A stretch of 64,000 nucleotides of DNA, taken from assembly GCA_951406725.2 (NCBI GenBank), contig OX597824.1:68510001-68574000 (forward strand), written 5' to 3'. Source of the DNA: Octopus vulgaris (Eukaryota). This document shows, piece by piece, positions 49,253 through 63,367 of this stretch. The position numbers were made by a program, and so were the translations under genes. A model generated the notes under the pieces. It had not been told where the DNA came from and searched no databases. It saw only the letters and a list, made by a program, of their open reading frames with translations. How positions within the stretch are numbered: position 1 is the first letter of the stretch; every line of letters starts with the position of its first letter.

Positions 49253-50144
49253 CCTGAACTACAACCGGGAGAAAACAATTAGATTAAAATAATAAAAGAT
49301 TTATTTTACTCACCAAACAAACTACCGTCACTGATCGATTCACAGGCGGTGTACTGTTCTTTTGTCTTTCTTTCTCCCCATCTCTCTCTCTCCCTCTCTC
49401 TCTCTCTCAGCCAGCTAGCTACAAGATTCTCTGTTGATTTGCAACTAATACTTCTATCTATCAAGCAAAATTGTAATTACTTAACACCGCTAGACAACAT
49501 ACATGTGCAGTAAACACAATTGTTTACAAGGGTTAATTTCGCCAAAACTATGAATTCACATTAAATTCTTTAAAGCCTGCATTCTCAGATAACAAAATAT
49601 TTTCTATTTACAGTTAGAAAAATATTTTCAAAAATAAACGCTAATGAACAAACTGAATGTAAAATGCAGAAACGACTCTCTTATTTTCTTTTTTTAAGAC
49701 TTAGGGTTAATTTTACTTAATTTTAATTAAATTGCTATTATGTAATTTTTTAAATATATAAATTTGTAATATCAAATTTTTAATGTGTATACCACTCTCT
49801 CCACCCAGAATACACACGTCTGTAGTTCCTTCTGGCATCCTTGCTGTGTATCCACCTACCACCCCTCATCTCACTCAACCGCATTGAACACGAGACGACT
49901 CTGCTCGGTCGTTCGACTTGCTAGAAATCGCAGCCAAATTTTTATCTCAAATGACGTACTACAATCTAAAGGAATGGGCAAGTTTGATAATATGGACCTG
50001 AAGTATGGAGGTCTGAGTATAAGATGAGATGATCAAGGCTGGAATATCTTTGATCGTAAGTCAGCAGAAAGAGAACGGAACATTAAGATTAAACAACTAT
50101 TACAGCACCACTAACACATACTCACCTGCCTTCACACAATAACG

Positions 50145-50545
50145 GTTTCAAATTTTGGCACAAGGTCAGCACTTTTAAGGGAGGGAGTAAGTCGATTACA
50201 TCGACCCCAGTCCTCAAATGGTACTTATTTTATCGACCCCGAAAAGATGAAAGGTAAAGTCTATCTTGACGGAATATGAACCCAAAACGCAAAGATGTGA
50301 AAGGAATACGGCTGAGCATTTTGTTCAACTCGTTAACGATTCTACCAGTTGGCCGCCTAATGTCTTCGCACAATAATTCTATGGGTACAAGGCTATGGGT
50401 CCTATGTACTATGGGTACGAGGCTTAAAATTTTGTGGGGAGGGGCGAGTCGATTGCATCGACCCTTAATGTTCAACTGGTACTTATTTTTATACATTCTG
50501 AAAAGATGAAAGCAAAATCAACCCAGAACATAAAGAGCCGGCAGA
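50145..50545 (-). mobile_element. Two diverged SINE family C copies
   Basis: tggtacttattt..gaaaagatgaaag in both copies. Confidence 0.7.
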
Positions 50546-50670
50546 AATGGTCGCTGCATTATTCAGCCACGGCGGGATTTGAACTCGGACAATAAAGGGA
50601 GGTAATTCAAAACCATAAGACCGTCTGCTATTCTACTATTGAACATACACATATATGCCTTCATATGCAT

Positions 50671-50782
<112 letters not shown>

Positions 50783-50904
50783 TGGCACTCCGTCGGTTAC
50801 GACGACGGAACAGCCTGCTCGTGAAATTAACGTTCAAAGTGGCTGAGCACTCCACAGGCACGTGTACTCTTAACGTAGTTCTCGGGGAGATTCAGCGTGA
50901 CAAG

Positions 50905-51080
50905 GTAGAACAGAAACAGGATGAAAGAGTGAGAGAAACTTGAGATGAAAGAGTACAGAAGGGTTCGCTACTACCCCCTCGTGGAGCTTTAGGTGTTTTT
51001 TGCTCAATAAACACTCACTACGCCCGGTCTGGGAATCGAAACCGCGAGTCCGCTGCACTAACCACTGGGCCATTGCGCCT
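50905..51080 (-). mobile_element. SINE family V, 5' part
   Basis: Reverse complement reads ggcgcaatggcccagtggttag..ggtttcgattcccagaccgggc. Confidence 0.8.
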
Positions 51081-51389
51081 CTACTATACTATATATAACC
51101 AGTGGTAAGGGCAGCGGACTGGATAATTGTCAGCTTATTACAGCTATATCTTACGTATCTTTTTAATAGAAGAAAGAGAACATGCACACAAACCGAAAAT
51201 CCTTACTAACCATAGGCCGGAACCACAGGTTTATCCAACCCTACCTGGTGCATATCTTTTCAAATAACTGATTCTATTTGAGTCTTTATTTTACTATATA
51301 TATATATAATATATATATATACTTAGTTTTTTTGGATTTGGTTTGCAAGATTCTTTATGTGAGTTCGTGTGATGAAGCATATTCTGAAG

Positions 51390-51632
51390 TGTCTGGGGAG
51401 TGTCATTCTCTTTTGGTGCCTTATAATTTAACACACTCACCGGTAGAATTTCCACTTATTTCTTTTTTGTTTTTCTAAAATTTTCGTTGTGTCTTGTAAC
51501 CTTTTCAATAGTTTTGAAAAAGTTGCAAGACGCAACGAAAATCTTAGAAAAATAAAATAGAAATAAGTGGAAATTTTACCGGTGGGTGTGTTAAATTATT
51601 AGGCACCAAAAGAGAATGTCTCTCCCCAGACT
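51390..51632. repeat. Long hairpin (arms about 118 bp) in the repeat family of 1-200
   Basis: gtctggggag..ttttcaa tagtt ttgaaaa..ctccccagac. Confidence 0.85.
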
Positions 51633-52267
51633 CAACAGTACACACACACACACACATATGTATGTATATATATCTGTCTACACACACATACACACACACA
51701 CACGCGCGTATTTTTAATTTTTTAAAAGAAGAATAATGGGATTTGGTGGTATAGAGTCCTATAAAAAATGTATTGTATAGTGTTTTGTTGCTTCCCCTTC
51801 CGTTTCGGTTTCAAACCTCTCCTAGGATTGACTTAACTATTTCATCTTTTGTGGGGTCGATAAAATTAAATATGAGTTGTTGCTGTTAGTTGTTGGTGGT
51901 GGAGTTTCTCCCAGCAAGCCATGCAACCCTGGTTGAGTAAACCTCAGAACTATGAACATTCCGTACTGTCTGTAGGACTATATTATCGGATTGTATTCTG
52001 TCCTTATATTAGATGACATATATTTGGCTGCGGTTTCTTGCAAGTGAAGAGACAACGTACTGCTGGGGGTCTATACTCCTCCATTTCACCAAGGAAATTT
52101 CTCCCGCCGACGGATCTCTAATTGTGTGTGTGTGTGTGTGTGTGTGTGCGCGTATCGGACGAATGCTCAGTCCATGTTGTAGAGGATATGAATATATCTT
52201 TTTCTTTTACTTAAACAGAGTTTATCTAGCGATTCGAGTTTCATGTCACTACGTTCATCAGGTGAGA

Positions 52268-52338
<71 letters not shown>

Positions 52339-52447
52339 GTTGTGTGTGTGTATATTGTGTGTGTGTGTGTGTGTGTGTATGTATATATACAGACACACAT
52401 ACGTATATACATGTGTGTGCGTGTGTGTATGTATAAGTGTGTAGTGT

Positions 52448-52726
52448 GAAGGCACGTGGCCCAGTGGTTATGGTATTGCATTCATGGATCGCGAGATCGT
52501 GGTATCAATTCCCAGACTGGATGAAGCGTTGCATTCTTGAGCAAAACAATTCATTTTGTGTCGGTGCAGTTTTACTCATTGGTAAATGAACAGCCCTGCC
52601 ACGGACTGGTATTCGGTTCGTGGCAGGGAATATTGGCCTGTCTGCCTACCTAGCCAGCGATGGCGGTGCATCATTCGAAAGTTGAAACAATGCTCAGCGC
52701 ATTGTGACCAGCGGTCGATACAGGGA
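52448..52726 (+). mobile_element. Diverged CORE-type SINE
   Basis: gaaggcacgtggcccagtggtta head, ttcttgagcaaaaca, and ccctgccacggactgg. Confidence 0.7.
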
Positions 52727-52729
52727 AAC

Positions 52730-52885
<156 letters not shown>

Positions 52886-53408
52886 TTGTCTGTCCGCCCG
52901 CCCGTCTGTCCGTCTATCTGTCTCTGTGTGTATTTGTATGTATGTGTATGCATTCATACATATTCATGTACATATATATGTGTGTGTGTGTGTCTGTACG
53001 TATGTAGCTGTAATTATATGCACGCGCACATACACAGACATACACATTTTAGTGAAATAAATCACATACATACATACATATATGTACACACGCGGTTTAT
53101 TACATACTAACAATTCACCCCTGGTACTAAAATTGTGCTCCCCGATTTAAACTCTTTGTAGGCACCACTGTCTAATGCCCCTTGTCCATCCTTAAAAATA
53201 CGTGGCCTTGCATCTCAGAATCGTCCGTGCTGGACAAAGTGCCTTGTGGTATTCGCTTCTGCCTCTTAACGGTGAGTTTCTCTATTGCAACCTGTCTCTC
53301 AAGACGGGAGTAAGAGTAAAAATATATCGTAAAGGATATGAAATAGTAATGGTGGGGGAGGTAAAAATGTAAAGAAGTGTTCTTTTTTTTTCGTTAATGG
53401 ACAAAATA

Positions 53409-53830
53409 GGCGCAGGAATGGTTGTGTGGTGAGAAGCTTAGTTCCCAACCACATGGTTCCGGGTTCAGTCCCACTGTGTGACACCTTCGTTTAGTGTCTT
53501 GTACTATAGCCTCGCGCCGATTAAAGCCTTATGCGAGGATTTGATTGAAGGAAACTGAAAGAAGCTCGTCGTATATATATATACTTATATATATGTGTGT
53601 ATGTGTGTGTGTGTTTGTCCCCTACCGCCGCTTGGCAACCGGTGTTTGTGTGTTTACATCCCTGTAACTTAGCAGTTCGGTAAAAGACACCGATGAAATA
53701 AGTACCAGGCTGATAAAAAAAAACATAAAGCAAAGAAAATCAAATACTGGGGCCGATTCATTCGACTAAAAGTTCTACAATGCGGTGCTCCAGCATGGCC
53801 GCAGTCCAATGACTGAAACATGTAAAAGAT
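53409..53830 (+). mobile_element. SINE family A
   Basis: Complete on the plus strand. Confidence 0.85.
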
Positions 53831-54441
53831 AAAAAAAAAAGCTAAAGATATACTATCACACAAAGAAACAAAACATCAATTTCTTCTCTATGAGGCAGTG
53901 ATAGCTATTTCGAAAATCCACCTTTCAGAGTTTGGAAACAGGCGAAACAGTGAGAATTTACCCTCTCTACGTTCTGTGTTCAGATTTCGCCAAGACCAGC
54001 TTTTTCTTTTGTCCCTACCAGGGTCAATAAAATAAAGTAGCATTCAAGTACTTTATTGATGGTATCGATTAAACCCCTTTCCCTCTAAAAACTGCTGGGC
54101 TTGTACAAAAATAAAAAAAAATTTTTTTTTAATTAAATCGTGATAGGTTGGCGTGTTAGTAACGGATAAAATGCCTGGGTGGCATTTCTTCCGGCTCGGC
54201 TCTTTACATTCTGGGCTCAAATCACGGTGCATAAATCAGAAGCGATCATTATTTTTGTTGTTATGTCGTTATCACACCACAATAATACCTATTTCTTTAC
54301 TACCCACAAGGGGCTAACACAGAGGGGACAAACAAGGACAATACCAACAATTATCTATAAGCAAATGAGCAACGCAATGACAACAGAAGCAATAGTGCTG
54401 TAAAACAGCTACAGCAACATGAGCCATCATTGAAAACCTTG

Positions 54442-54848
54442 GCAATCTTTCGTCTCTAGTAGACCTTTCCGTCGATTTCCGTAAAAAAAATTTTTTTTTT
54501 TACATATGGGCTTGCGGGAACTTTTGAAGTAATGAGAGCGAAAGAGACTAAGAGAAAGCGATTGTATGACGAGGGAAGTTCTTTTGAAGTTACCGTCCAG
54601 GGGAAGCATTGATGTACATGTGTGTGTGTGTGTGTGTGTGTTTGATGGGGTGTGGGAGACAGACAGTATGTTGTGTAAGTGAAGTGCTTCTGTTAGTGTG
54701 TGTGAAAGAAAGAGATAACTGAATTTTTTTACTCGGTGTATGTGTATATGTATGTATATTACTTCAAAAGTTCCTGCAAGCCCATATGTAAAAAAAAAAA
54801 AACTTTTACGGAAATCGACGGAAAGGTCTACTAGAGACGAAAGATCGC
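54442..54848. repeat. Inverted repeat, arms about 90 bp (54442-54533 and 54758-54848)
   Basis: atctttcgtctctagtagacctttccgtcgatttccgtaaaa..acttttgaagtaat is mirrored. Confidence 0.85.
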
Positions 54849-54889
54849 TAAAACCTTTTTGGTAATTTTTTTTTAAGTGGTCACAATAT

Positions 54890-55153
54890 CTGCTAGAAAT
54901 AATACCCTAATCTCCCCCAAAATTAAACCACAATATCGTACATACATAAAAAAAAGAACGCCTGGGAGAAGCTAGGCCTAGAGAATCTATCAGAAACAAT
55001 AACAAGAGCTAAAAAATATAAAAGAAAGGCCCTAAATAAACGAACGAAACAAGAGTGGTCACGATTCAAATGTCTTGTCATAGGTCTGTGTGCTTCGGTC
55101 AGGGCTGACCTGGGGCTAACTAAAACAGCAACAGTAATTATTGCGGCTGCTGT

Positions 55154-55191
<38 letters not shown>

Positions 55192-56100
55192 TCACATTGA
55201 CAACAACGGACAACAACAGCAAATAGCGCGACAACAACAAGTACGACATCAGTAGCAGCAGCAGCAACAGCAGCAGCAAAAGAAGCTGCTGTAGCGCCAC
55301 AGCAACAACCAGCGACAACACTGCACCACCAACACCACCACCACCACCAACAACAACAACAGCAGTAACAAAGCAAGCGAACCTGTACATGGTTGCTCGA
55401 TCTGCTAGAAATAGTGACCAAGCTTCCCTCGAATCACACCGCTATCGTCTTAAGTGTAAAAGACAGGACAGGATACATAGAATTATGGTAGTCCTAGATT
55501 TGGTTCCTCTAAAAAGAAAGGGATGGACACGGTTGGAAGGCCTTTTGATCATAGGTCTGTTCGATCACGGCAGATCTAAGGGCTCGATGATAATAAATAC
55601 AAGAACAGCAATCATACGACCTGCTAGAAATAGCAACGAAATCTTCCTCAGATCATACCAACTGACAGACAAGACTGGATGGCTACGGTTGGGATACCTC
55701 TGATCATAGGTCTGTTCGGTCACGGCTGACCTGGGGCTGAATAATGACCATTGAACAACAACAACAACGACAAAATTACGATCTGCTAGAAATAGCAGCC
55801 AAATTTTTCTCAAAAAACAAAAGTGGATGGCCATGGCTGGGCTGGCATACCTTTGACCACAGGTCTATTTCGATCACGGCTGACCTGGGACTAAATAATT
55901 ATACGACCTGCTAGAAATAACAACCAAATCTCACTCAAATCGCATCGCCACCGTCTTATGTGAGGGACAGACAAGAGTGGATTGGTATGGCTGGGATACT
56001 TTAGATCAAAGGTCTGTTCGATCATGGCTGACCTAGGGCCAAATAACAAGAGCACAATATCAAAGATGACCAGCTAGAAATAGCAGCAGACTCTTCAAAT
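54890..56100 (+). repeat. Degenerate tandem array of a 120-220 bp dispersed repeat
   Basis: ctgctagaaata at about 54891, 55402, 55621, 55783, 55908 and 56071. ggtctgttcgatca.ggctgacct is also repeated. Confidence 0.8.
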
Positions 56101-56169
56101 CGCGTTGTCAAGCCTTAGAAAATACGGAAGACAAACCCACACACATACACAATATCACATATATGTATA

Positions 56170-56295
<126 letters not shown>

Positions 56296-56982
56296 TGTGT
56301 GTGTGATTGTCACACGGATCGACTGGAACGGGGCTTTTAAAAGGGGAGGTCTGCTCGATTTGAGACATAAACCAGGCGGTAAAAATTGTCATAGCATCAA
56401 CTACGAGAACAACATCCATGACAACAACATCAACAACAATTAGCCTACCTTTAAAATGTTTTAAATGTAGCCTTATTCCGTGTCTCTTCTTCTTTATTTC
56501 TTTCAATAATTTCCTTCCTCTTTATCTTTTCTCCTTCCGTATATATTCGTTCTCCTCCCGTAACTTCCTTTGTTGTTGTTGTTGTTGATGTCACTCTTCT
56601 TCTTCTTCTTTTTCCTTTTCTTCCTTTTCTTCTTCCTTTTCTTCTTCTTCTTCTTCCTCGTCTTCTTCACTTAAAATAGTCGCCGTAATCGAATCTCCCA
56701 CGTTGATGCTTATCAAACAGAGACGACACCAACTCCCACCACCACCACCACCGCCACCGACATCGCTGCCGCCGCCACCTCCGTCAGCAACACTAACACC
56801 ACTACCACCACCACCACCACCACTTATACCGCCACCTCCACTACTACTATCACTACTACTACTACTACTACTACTACCACTACCACTACTACTACAACAA
56901 CAAATGTGACAACGCTTACAGCAAATGGCAACAACAAAAGCAAGTAGCAGCAGCAGTTGGAACTACTACTACTACTACAACA

Positions 56983-57038
<56 letters not shown>

Positions 57039-57317
57039 AATCGGGCAATGCACTGTCTGTTTATGTGTGTGTGTGTGTGTGCGTGTGTATTTATAAATGT
57101 GATTGTAACTGGTGTGTGCACTTTGTTGTTGCTGTTTAGCCCTGGGTCAACCCCACCCAGAGAAGTAACTTTATGATCAAGGCGTTCCAGCCACGACTAC
57201 ATCATCTTTAATACATATATACCCATATATACATACACTCTCTCTCTCTCTTTCTCTCTAGCGTGAATTTAAATACTGTCTATATTAAATGTTTACATAT
57301 ATACATATATGTGTATG

Positions 57318-57350
<33 letters not shown>

Positions 57351-58567
57351 GTGTGTGTGCGTGAGTGTTTGTATGTATGTATATATGAATGTATGTACGT
57401 GTGTGCGTGTGCGGGCCTGTTTGTGTGTGTTGTGTGCGTGTGTGTGTTGTGTGCGTGTGTGTGTGTGTGTTTCTGTACTCGCGCCTCTTTCAAGGGCTAC
57501 ATTTATCTTATCCAATGTGTTCGTTCATCAGAAGGTAGGGTATGACATTTGAGGGAGATTTGGCTGGTCTTTCTAGCAGGTTCAATCAACAACCATATAT
57601 CTACATATATACATTTATATATATATATCCTACAGTCACCCTCTCATTGACTTGCGTCGTGTAATTGCCACAGCAGTACAGTACACTTTAGCAATACTGG
57701 GGGGGACAAAGTGCACTGTAGTGTGATATAGTGAGGCGTAGTATAGTATAGTATAGTATAGCGTAGTGTAGTGTAGTGTAGTGTAGTGATCAGTGGTATA
57801 GCATTTCTATATTACATGATGTAGTGTATACTGCAGCGACTTGTGGTGTGTGATGGCTAAGTGTAAAGTGTCGCCTTAGTGGTCGTGTTTTCGTCGTTTG
57901 TTATTGATTTCACGCAATGGTGTTAACGTAGTAGTAGTAGTAGTAGATTTCTGTTGTTTGTTGTTATGATTTAGCGAGAGTTTTGTGGAGTGGTGCAGTC
58001 TAATCTTATTGTGATATAAAACGTGTTAACAGACCAACGTGTCGTTGCTGTAATCGAGGGAGTTTTTAAACCCTGGGTCTGCCTTAATCGGGTACACTTT
58101 ATGATCCGAGGTGTTCTATCTAGCCATGAACGGACAATACCGCCTTTTATTTATTTATTTATCTATTCATTTATTTATTTATTTTTTTTATCATTTATTT
58201 TGTTTTAACTGGAGAGAGGGAGGCTGCATTGTTCAATGTATGCTTGCATTGCTTTCTGCACGAAGGGAATTTGACTGTTATTTCTTGTGAGTGAAGCGAC
58301 CATGTCGAGACACCGCAGTGTAGGGCTTGGTAGAGTTTTTGGTTCGATAATGCGGTGTAGAGTTATTGCGGCGGTGGTGATGGTGGAGGTGGTGTTATAA
58401 ATCGTAGTACTGCATGCAGTTTGGTGTGAACTACATGAATATATGCTGCAGTGTGGTGAAATATAGTTATACTATAATGATATTATAGTTTGGCCTAGTG
58501 TGTTATCTTATAGTGATGTAGAATGAGTATAGTATAGTATAGGTATAGTATAGTATAGTATAGTATA

Positions 58568-58614
<47 letters not shown>

Positions 58615-58768
58615 ATACTATGTAGTAAATTGCTGTATTATATAGTGTAGTGCTTTTCAAGTTAATATAGCATATAGTATAGTGGTCTGTGATATATTTT
58701 TTATATATTGTATAGAACAGTATAAAATGTGTGATATATGCAGCAGTATAGAATGGTACAGTCTGGGA

Positions 58769-58834
<66 letters not shown>

Positions 58835-59496
58835 TTGTCTGTCTCTCTGTCAGTATGTATGTATGGATGGATGTATGAATGTGTTTGTATAGTACAGTAT
58901 GGAATGTGTTGTATGTAGAATTGTAAGGTGTAGTCTGGGTATATATATATATATATATATATATAGTGCAGTGTAGTGTGTTATATTTATGTTATATAGT
59001 GTCGTACAATACGCTTTAGGGTGCTATATGTACCATATTGTGAGATATTCTGGTATATATAGTGTGGTATAACGCGTTAAAGTGTGGGCCAGCAAAGCTA
59101 CCGTAAACTAAGTGTTGTGTAGTGTATTATATAGTACAGTGTTCTACAGTAAACTTTAAAGATGCTTTGATCGTTTTGTGTGTAATATAAGATGTTGTTG
59201 GGGGGGGGTATAACGTGTGTGTTTATGTGTGTGTGAGTGTGTGTGTGTGTGTGTGTGTATGCGCGTGCGAATCGGTTAGATGGTTGATCTATTGAAAGAT
59301 GTACCGTTAAACAATTCTTAATGAAGTGGCATTTACCTTTTAGATGAGAGGAAGAAAACAAAATAATTTAGTGACACTTGTTACGGACTGTAGTAAAAAA
59401 AAAAAGGTGGGGTGGGTGGAATAATTTTGAGAATTTAAGAATTTCACGGACATGTACAGATGTATACATACATACATACATACATACATACATACA

Positions 59497-59532
<36 letters not shown>

Positions 59533-59795
59533 TAATGTGTGTGTGTGTATTATATTACCATTATATATACGTTTTAGTATAATACGAGTGTGCGTGAGGG
59601 AAAGAGAGAGAGAGAAAATGTGTGTATGTATATGTACATATATGTATATGTCTGTTACACACACACATACACACATATAATGTATATTATATATATGTGT
59701 ATGTGCATATACACGCATGTGTATGTATATTTATATATATATATGTGTGTGTGTGTATATGCACGCATGTGTATGTATATATTATAGATAGACAA

Positions 59796-59869
<74 letters not shown>

Positions 59870-59878
59870 CTAGCTAGC

Positions 59879-59972
<94 letters not shown>

Positions 59973-60115
59973 TAGATACGTGTGCGTACGTGCGTGTGTG
60001 TATTTTGTGTGCTTATATGAAATAGTGTGGTGTGGTGTGATATGTTAACGTACGGAATACAATGTGTTAACAAGTGTGAGCATGCATGCGTGTGTATATG
60101 TGTGTGTGTGTGTAA

Positions 60116-60156
<41 letters not shown>

Positions 60157-60184
60157 TGCGCGCGCGCGTTTGTTTGCGTGTTAG

Positions 60185-60388
60185 GCTCTCTTCAAGGCTG
60201 GGATGGCGGCGATGGCCAACAACAAAAGCAACAAGCAGATATAAACAGTTCCAATGAAGACGTAGAGCAGCACAGGCATTCTGCTCGTCGGCCTAACACC
60301 ACGGCCTTTCCTATCACGACCACTACTACTTGTTGTTCTTCGCTGTCGCTCACAATCTCTCTTCTCGTCACTCATCGTCCATCATTCG
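60185..60388 (+). other. Weak candidate symmetric exon (204 bp, open frame)
   Basis: gtgttAG acceptor and TCG|GTAAGA donor. The frame SLQGWDGGDGQQQKQQADINSSNEDVEQHRH.. is open; no homology recognised. Confidence 0.2.
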
Positions 60389-60679
60389 GTAAGACACACA
60401 AGACTGAAAACGACGGATTTGGATGGACAACTGTCTGTTTGTCTGACAGACTGACTGACTGACAAAAAGCATGGGGGATAATACTAATACCGATAATAAT
60501 ATAGACACAGAGAGATGGCGGTAATGATGATGATGATGGAGGTGGTGGTGGTGGTGAGGGTGGTGAGGGTGGTGATGATGAGGGTGGTGGTGGTGGAAGT
60601 GATTAGTGGTGGAGGTGGCGATAGTGGTGGCGGTGTTTGCGTTTCGTAGTGGTGGTGGTATGATGGTGATGGTGTTTGT

Positions 60680-61350
60680 GGTGGTATGATGGTGGTGGCG
60701 GTGGTAGTACGATGGTGGTGGAGGTGGAAGTTGCGATGGTGGTGGCGGCGGTGTTTGTTGATGGTGGTGGTGATAGTGGTGAGGGAGATGGTAGTGGTGT
60801 TGATGATGGTGAGTGTGGTGGTGATGAGGATGGCGGTAGCGGTTGTTGTGAAAGAGGCGGCGGCTGTGCTGGGGGTGGGGTGGTGTCAATTGCAGAGATG
60901 GTGGCGAGGGAGATGGTAGTGGTGTTGATGGTGGTGTGTCTGGTGGTGGTGACGATGGCGGTAGTGGTTGTGGTTGTGGTGGCGGAGGCGGCGGCTGTGC
61001 TGGGGGGGGGGGTGATGGTGGTGTCAATGGCAGAGATGGTGGTGAGGGAGATGGTAGTGGTGTTGATGGTGGTGTGTGTGGTGGTGGTGAGGATGGCGGT
61101 AGTGGTGTGGTGGCGGAGGCGGCGGCGGCCGCGGCTGTGCTGGTGGGGTGATGGTGGTGTCAATGGCAGAGATGGTGGTGAGGGAGATGGCAGTGGTGTT
61201 GATGGTGGTGTGTGTGGTAGTGGTGAGGATGGCGGTAGTGGTGGTTGTGGTGGCGGAGGCGGCGGCGGCTGTGCTGGAGGTGGTGGTGTCAATGGCAAAG
61301 ATGGTGGTGGTTTTCGTAATGGTGGTGGAGGTAGCAGTGGTAATGGTGGT
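60680..61350. repeat. Higher-order repeat of about 135 bp built on (GGT)n
   Basis: ggtgtcaat.gca.agatggtgg at about 60883, 61020, 61157 and 61285. Confidence 0.8.
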
Positions 61351-61619
61351 GATGATACTGGCCCCATTTATTTAGTCCCTTTTATGAGGTCAGCTCTTAT
61401 CAATAAAGATATTCCAGCCAAGTTTATTCTGCCTCTCTTACATAAACGAATCCCAGGATCAGATTGTCTTGGAGTGGACTTTTTAATTAAAAACAAAAGG
61501 AAAAAATTAGCTGCTATTTTTAACAGGTCAAGCGACCATGTGCAGGTTCTGCTGTGATGGTTATGGACAGGGTAAGGTTGAGTGGGGGATGTCATTTGGT
61601 GGGTGGGGGTAGTGGTGGT

Positions 61620-61822
61620 AGTGCTGGTGCTGGTGGGTGTGGTGGTGCTGGTGCTGGTGGGTGTGGTGGTGCTGGTGCTGGTGGGTGTGGTGGTGGTGGT
61701 GCTGGTGCTGGTGGGTGTGGTGGTGCTGGTGCTGGTGGGTGTGGTGGTGCTGGTGCTGGTGGGTGTGGTGGTGCTGGTGGGTGTGGTGGTGCTGGTGATG
61801 GTGGGTGTGGTGGTGCTGGTGT
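61620..61822. repeat. 21-bp minisatellite ggtgctggtgctggtgggtgt
   Basis: Directly visible. Confidence 0.9.
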
Positions 61823-62449
61823 CAACGTCTGTAGTGTTTATTGTACGTCGCTATCGTTGTAGTGATATGGTGATGACAATGATGATGACGGTGATGATGA
61901 TTAAGATGACGACGACAACGATGATGATGGTGGTGATAATGATGATGATAAAGGTTATAATTAGGATGGGGATGATAAAGATTATAATTAGGACGGTGAT
62001 GATAATGATGATGATGATAATGATGTTGACAATGATGATGGTGATGGTGATGATGATGATGATGATGATGATGAGGAGGAGGAGGAGGAGGTAGGTGGTG
62101 GTGGTAGTTATTAATGGTGATGATGATGATGATGGTCATACTGATGGCAGAGGTGACGGTGTTGATGTTAGCCACAGAGGGTGTGATGGTGGGTGACGTC
62201 GGTGGGGACGGGTACACGTGTAGTGGCATGGTGGACGTGGTAGTGCCGTATGCATGCATATATGCGTGTATGTATGTATGTATGTATGTATGTATGTATG
62301 TATGTATGTATTTATGTATGTATGTATGTATGTGTGTGTGTTTGTATGTATGTATGTATGTATGTATGTATGAATGCGTGTGTTTGTATGTATGTATGTA
62401 TGTATGTATGTATGAATGCGTGTGTGGGGTGATGACGGTAACAGAGTTT

Positions 62450-62480
<31 letters not shown>

Positions 62481-63024
62481 GTAGTAGTGGTGGTGGTGGT
62501 GGTGGTAGTGGTGGCTTGAGGACGTGGCGATCATGTAAACAAGAATGGTAGCAGTAACAGCACTGGTTGCAGTAATGGTGGTCAGTTGTCATAGTAACCG
62601 ATTTGTTCTTTATGGTGGTGATGGTGGTGGTGGTGGTGTTGGTAGTTGTGGTTGTAAATGCAATGGTGGTAGTGGCGGTGATGATCGTGGCGATGGTGAT
62701 GGTGATGGTGAGTGTGGTTGTGAGTGAGGTGGTGAGTGTGGTAGTGAATGGTGAAGATGGTGGTGGTGGTGCTTGTAGCGTTGGTGATGGTTGTGGCAGT
62801 GATGATGGGTATATGGTAGTGGTAGTGGTGGTGGTTGTCATAGTTACTCGGATGTCACAACTTTATTATTATGGATGGTGGAAAAATCACTTGGTCTTGA
62901 TAAAGGTGACAATACACCACACCACACCACACAGAATTTGTTTAAGTTGTAAATCTGCTAATTAGCTTTAAATGATTGCGCGCGCGGATGACTGTGTGTA
63001 CGCATATATATATATGTATGTGTA

Positions 63025-63167
<143 letters not shown>

Positions 63168-63168
63168 A

Positions 63169-63255
<87 letters not shown>

Positions 63256-63303
63256 ATATATATATATATTTACTGGAAGGCAATACTTTGTATTGCATTA
63301 CTG

Positions 63304-63367
<64 letters not shown>

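Noticed and set aside
50120-50140. Strong minus-strand splice donor CAG|GTGAGT
   Set aside because: The upstream sequence is a SINE tail with no acceptor or exon evidence.
60368-62841. Long Pro/Gly/His/Thr-rich ORFs of 219-339 aa, including a GGAGAGGC repeat resembling structural proteins
   Set aside because: Several frames on both strands are open because the sequence is (GGT)/(GAT)-based simple repeat. The ORFs run through (TATG)n and a dispersed repeat.
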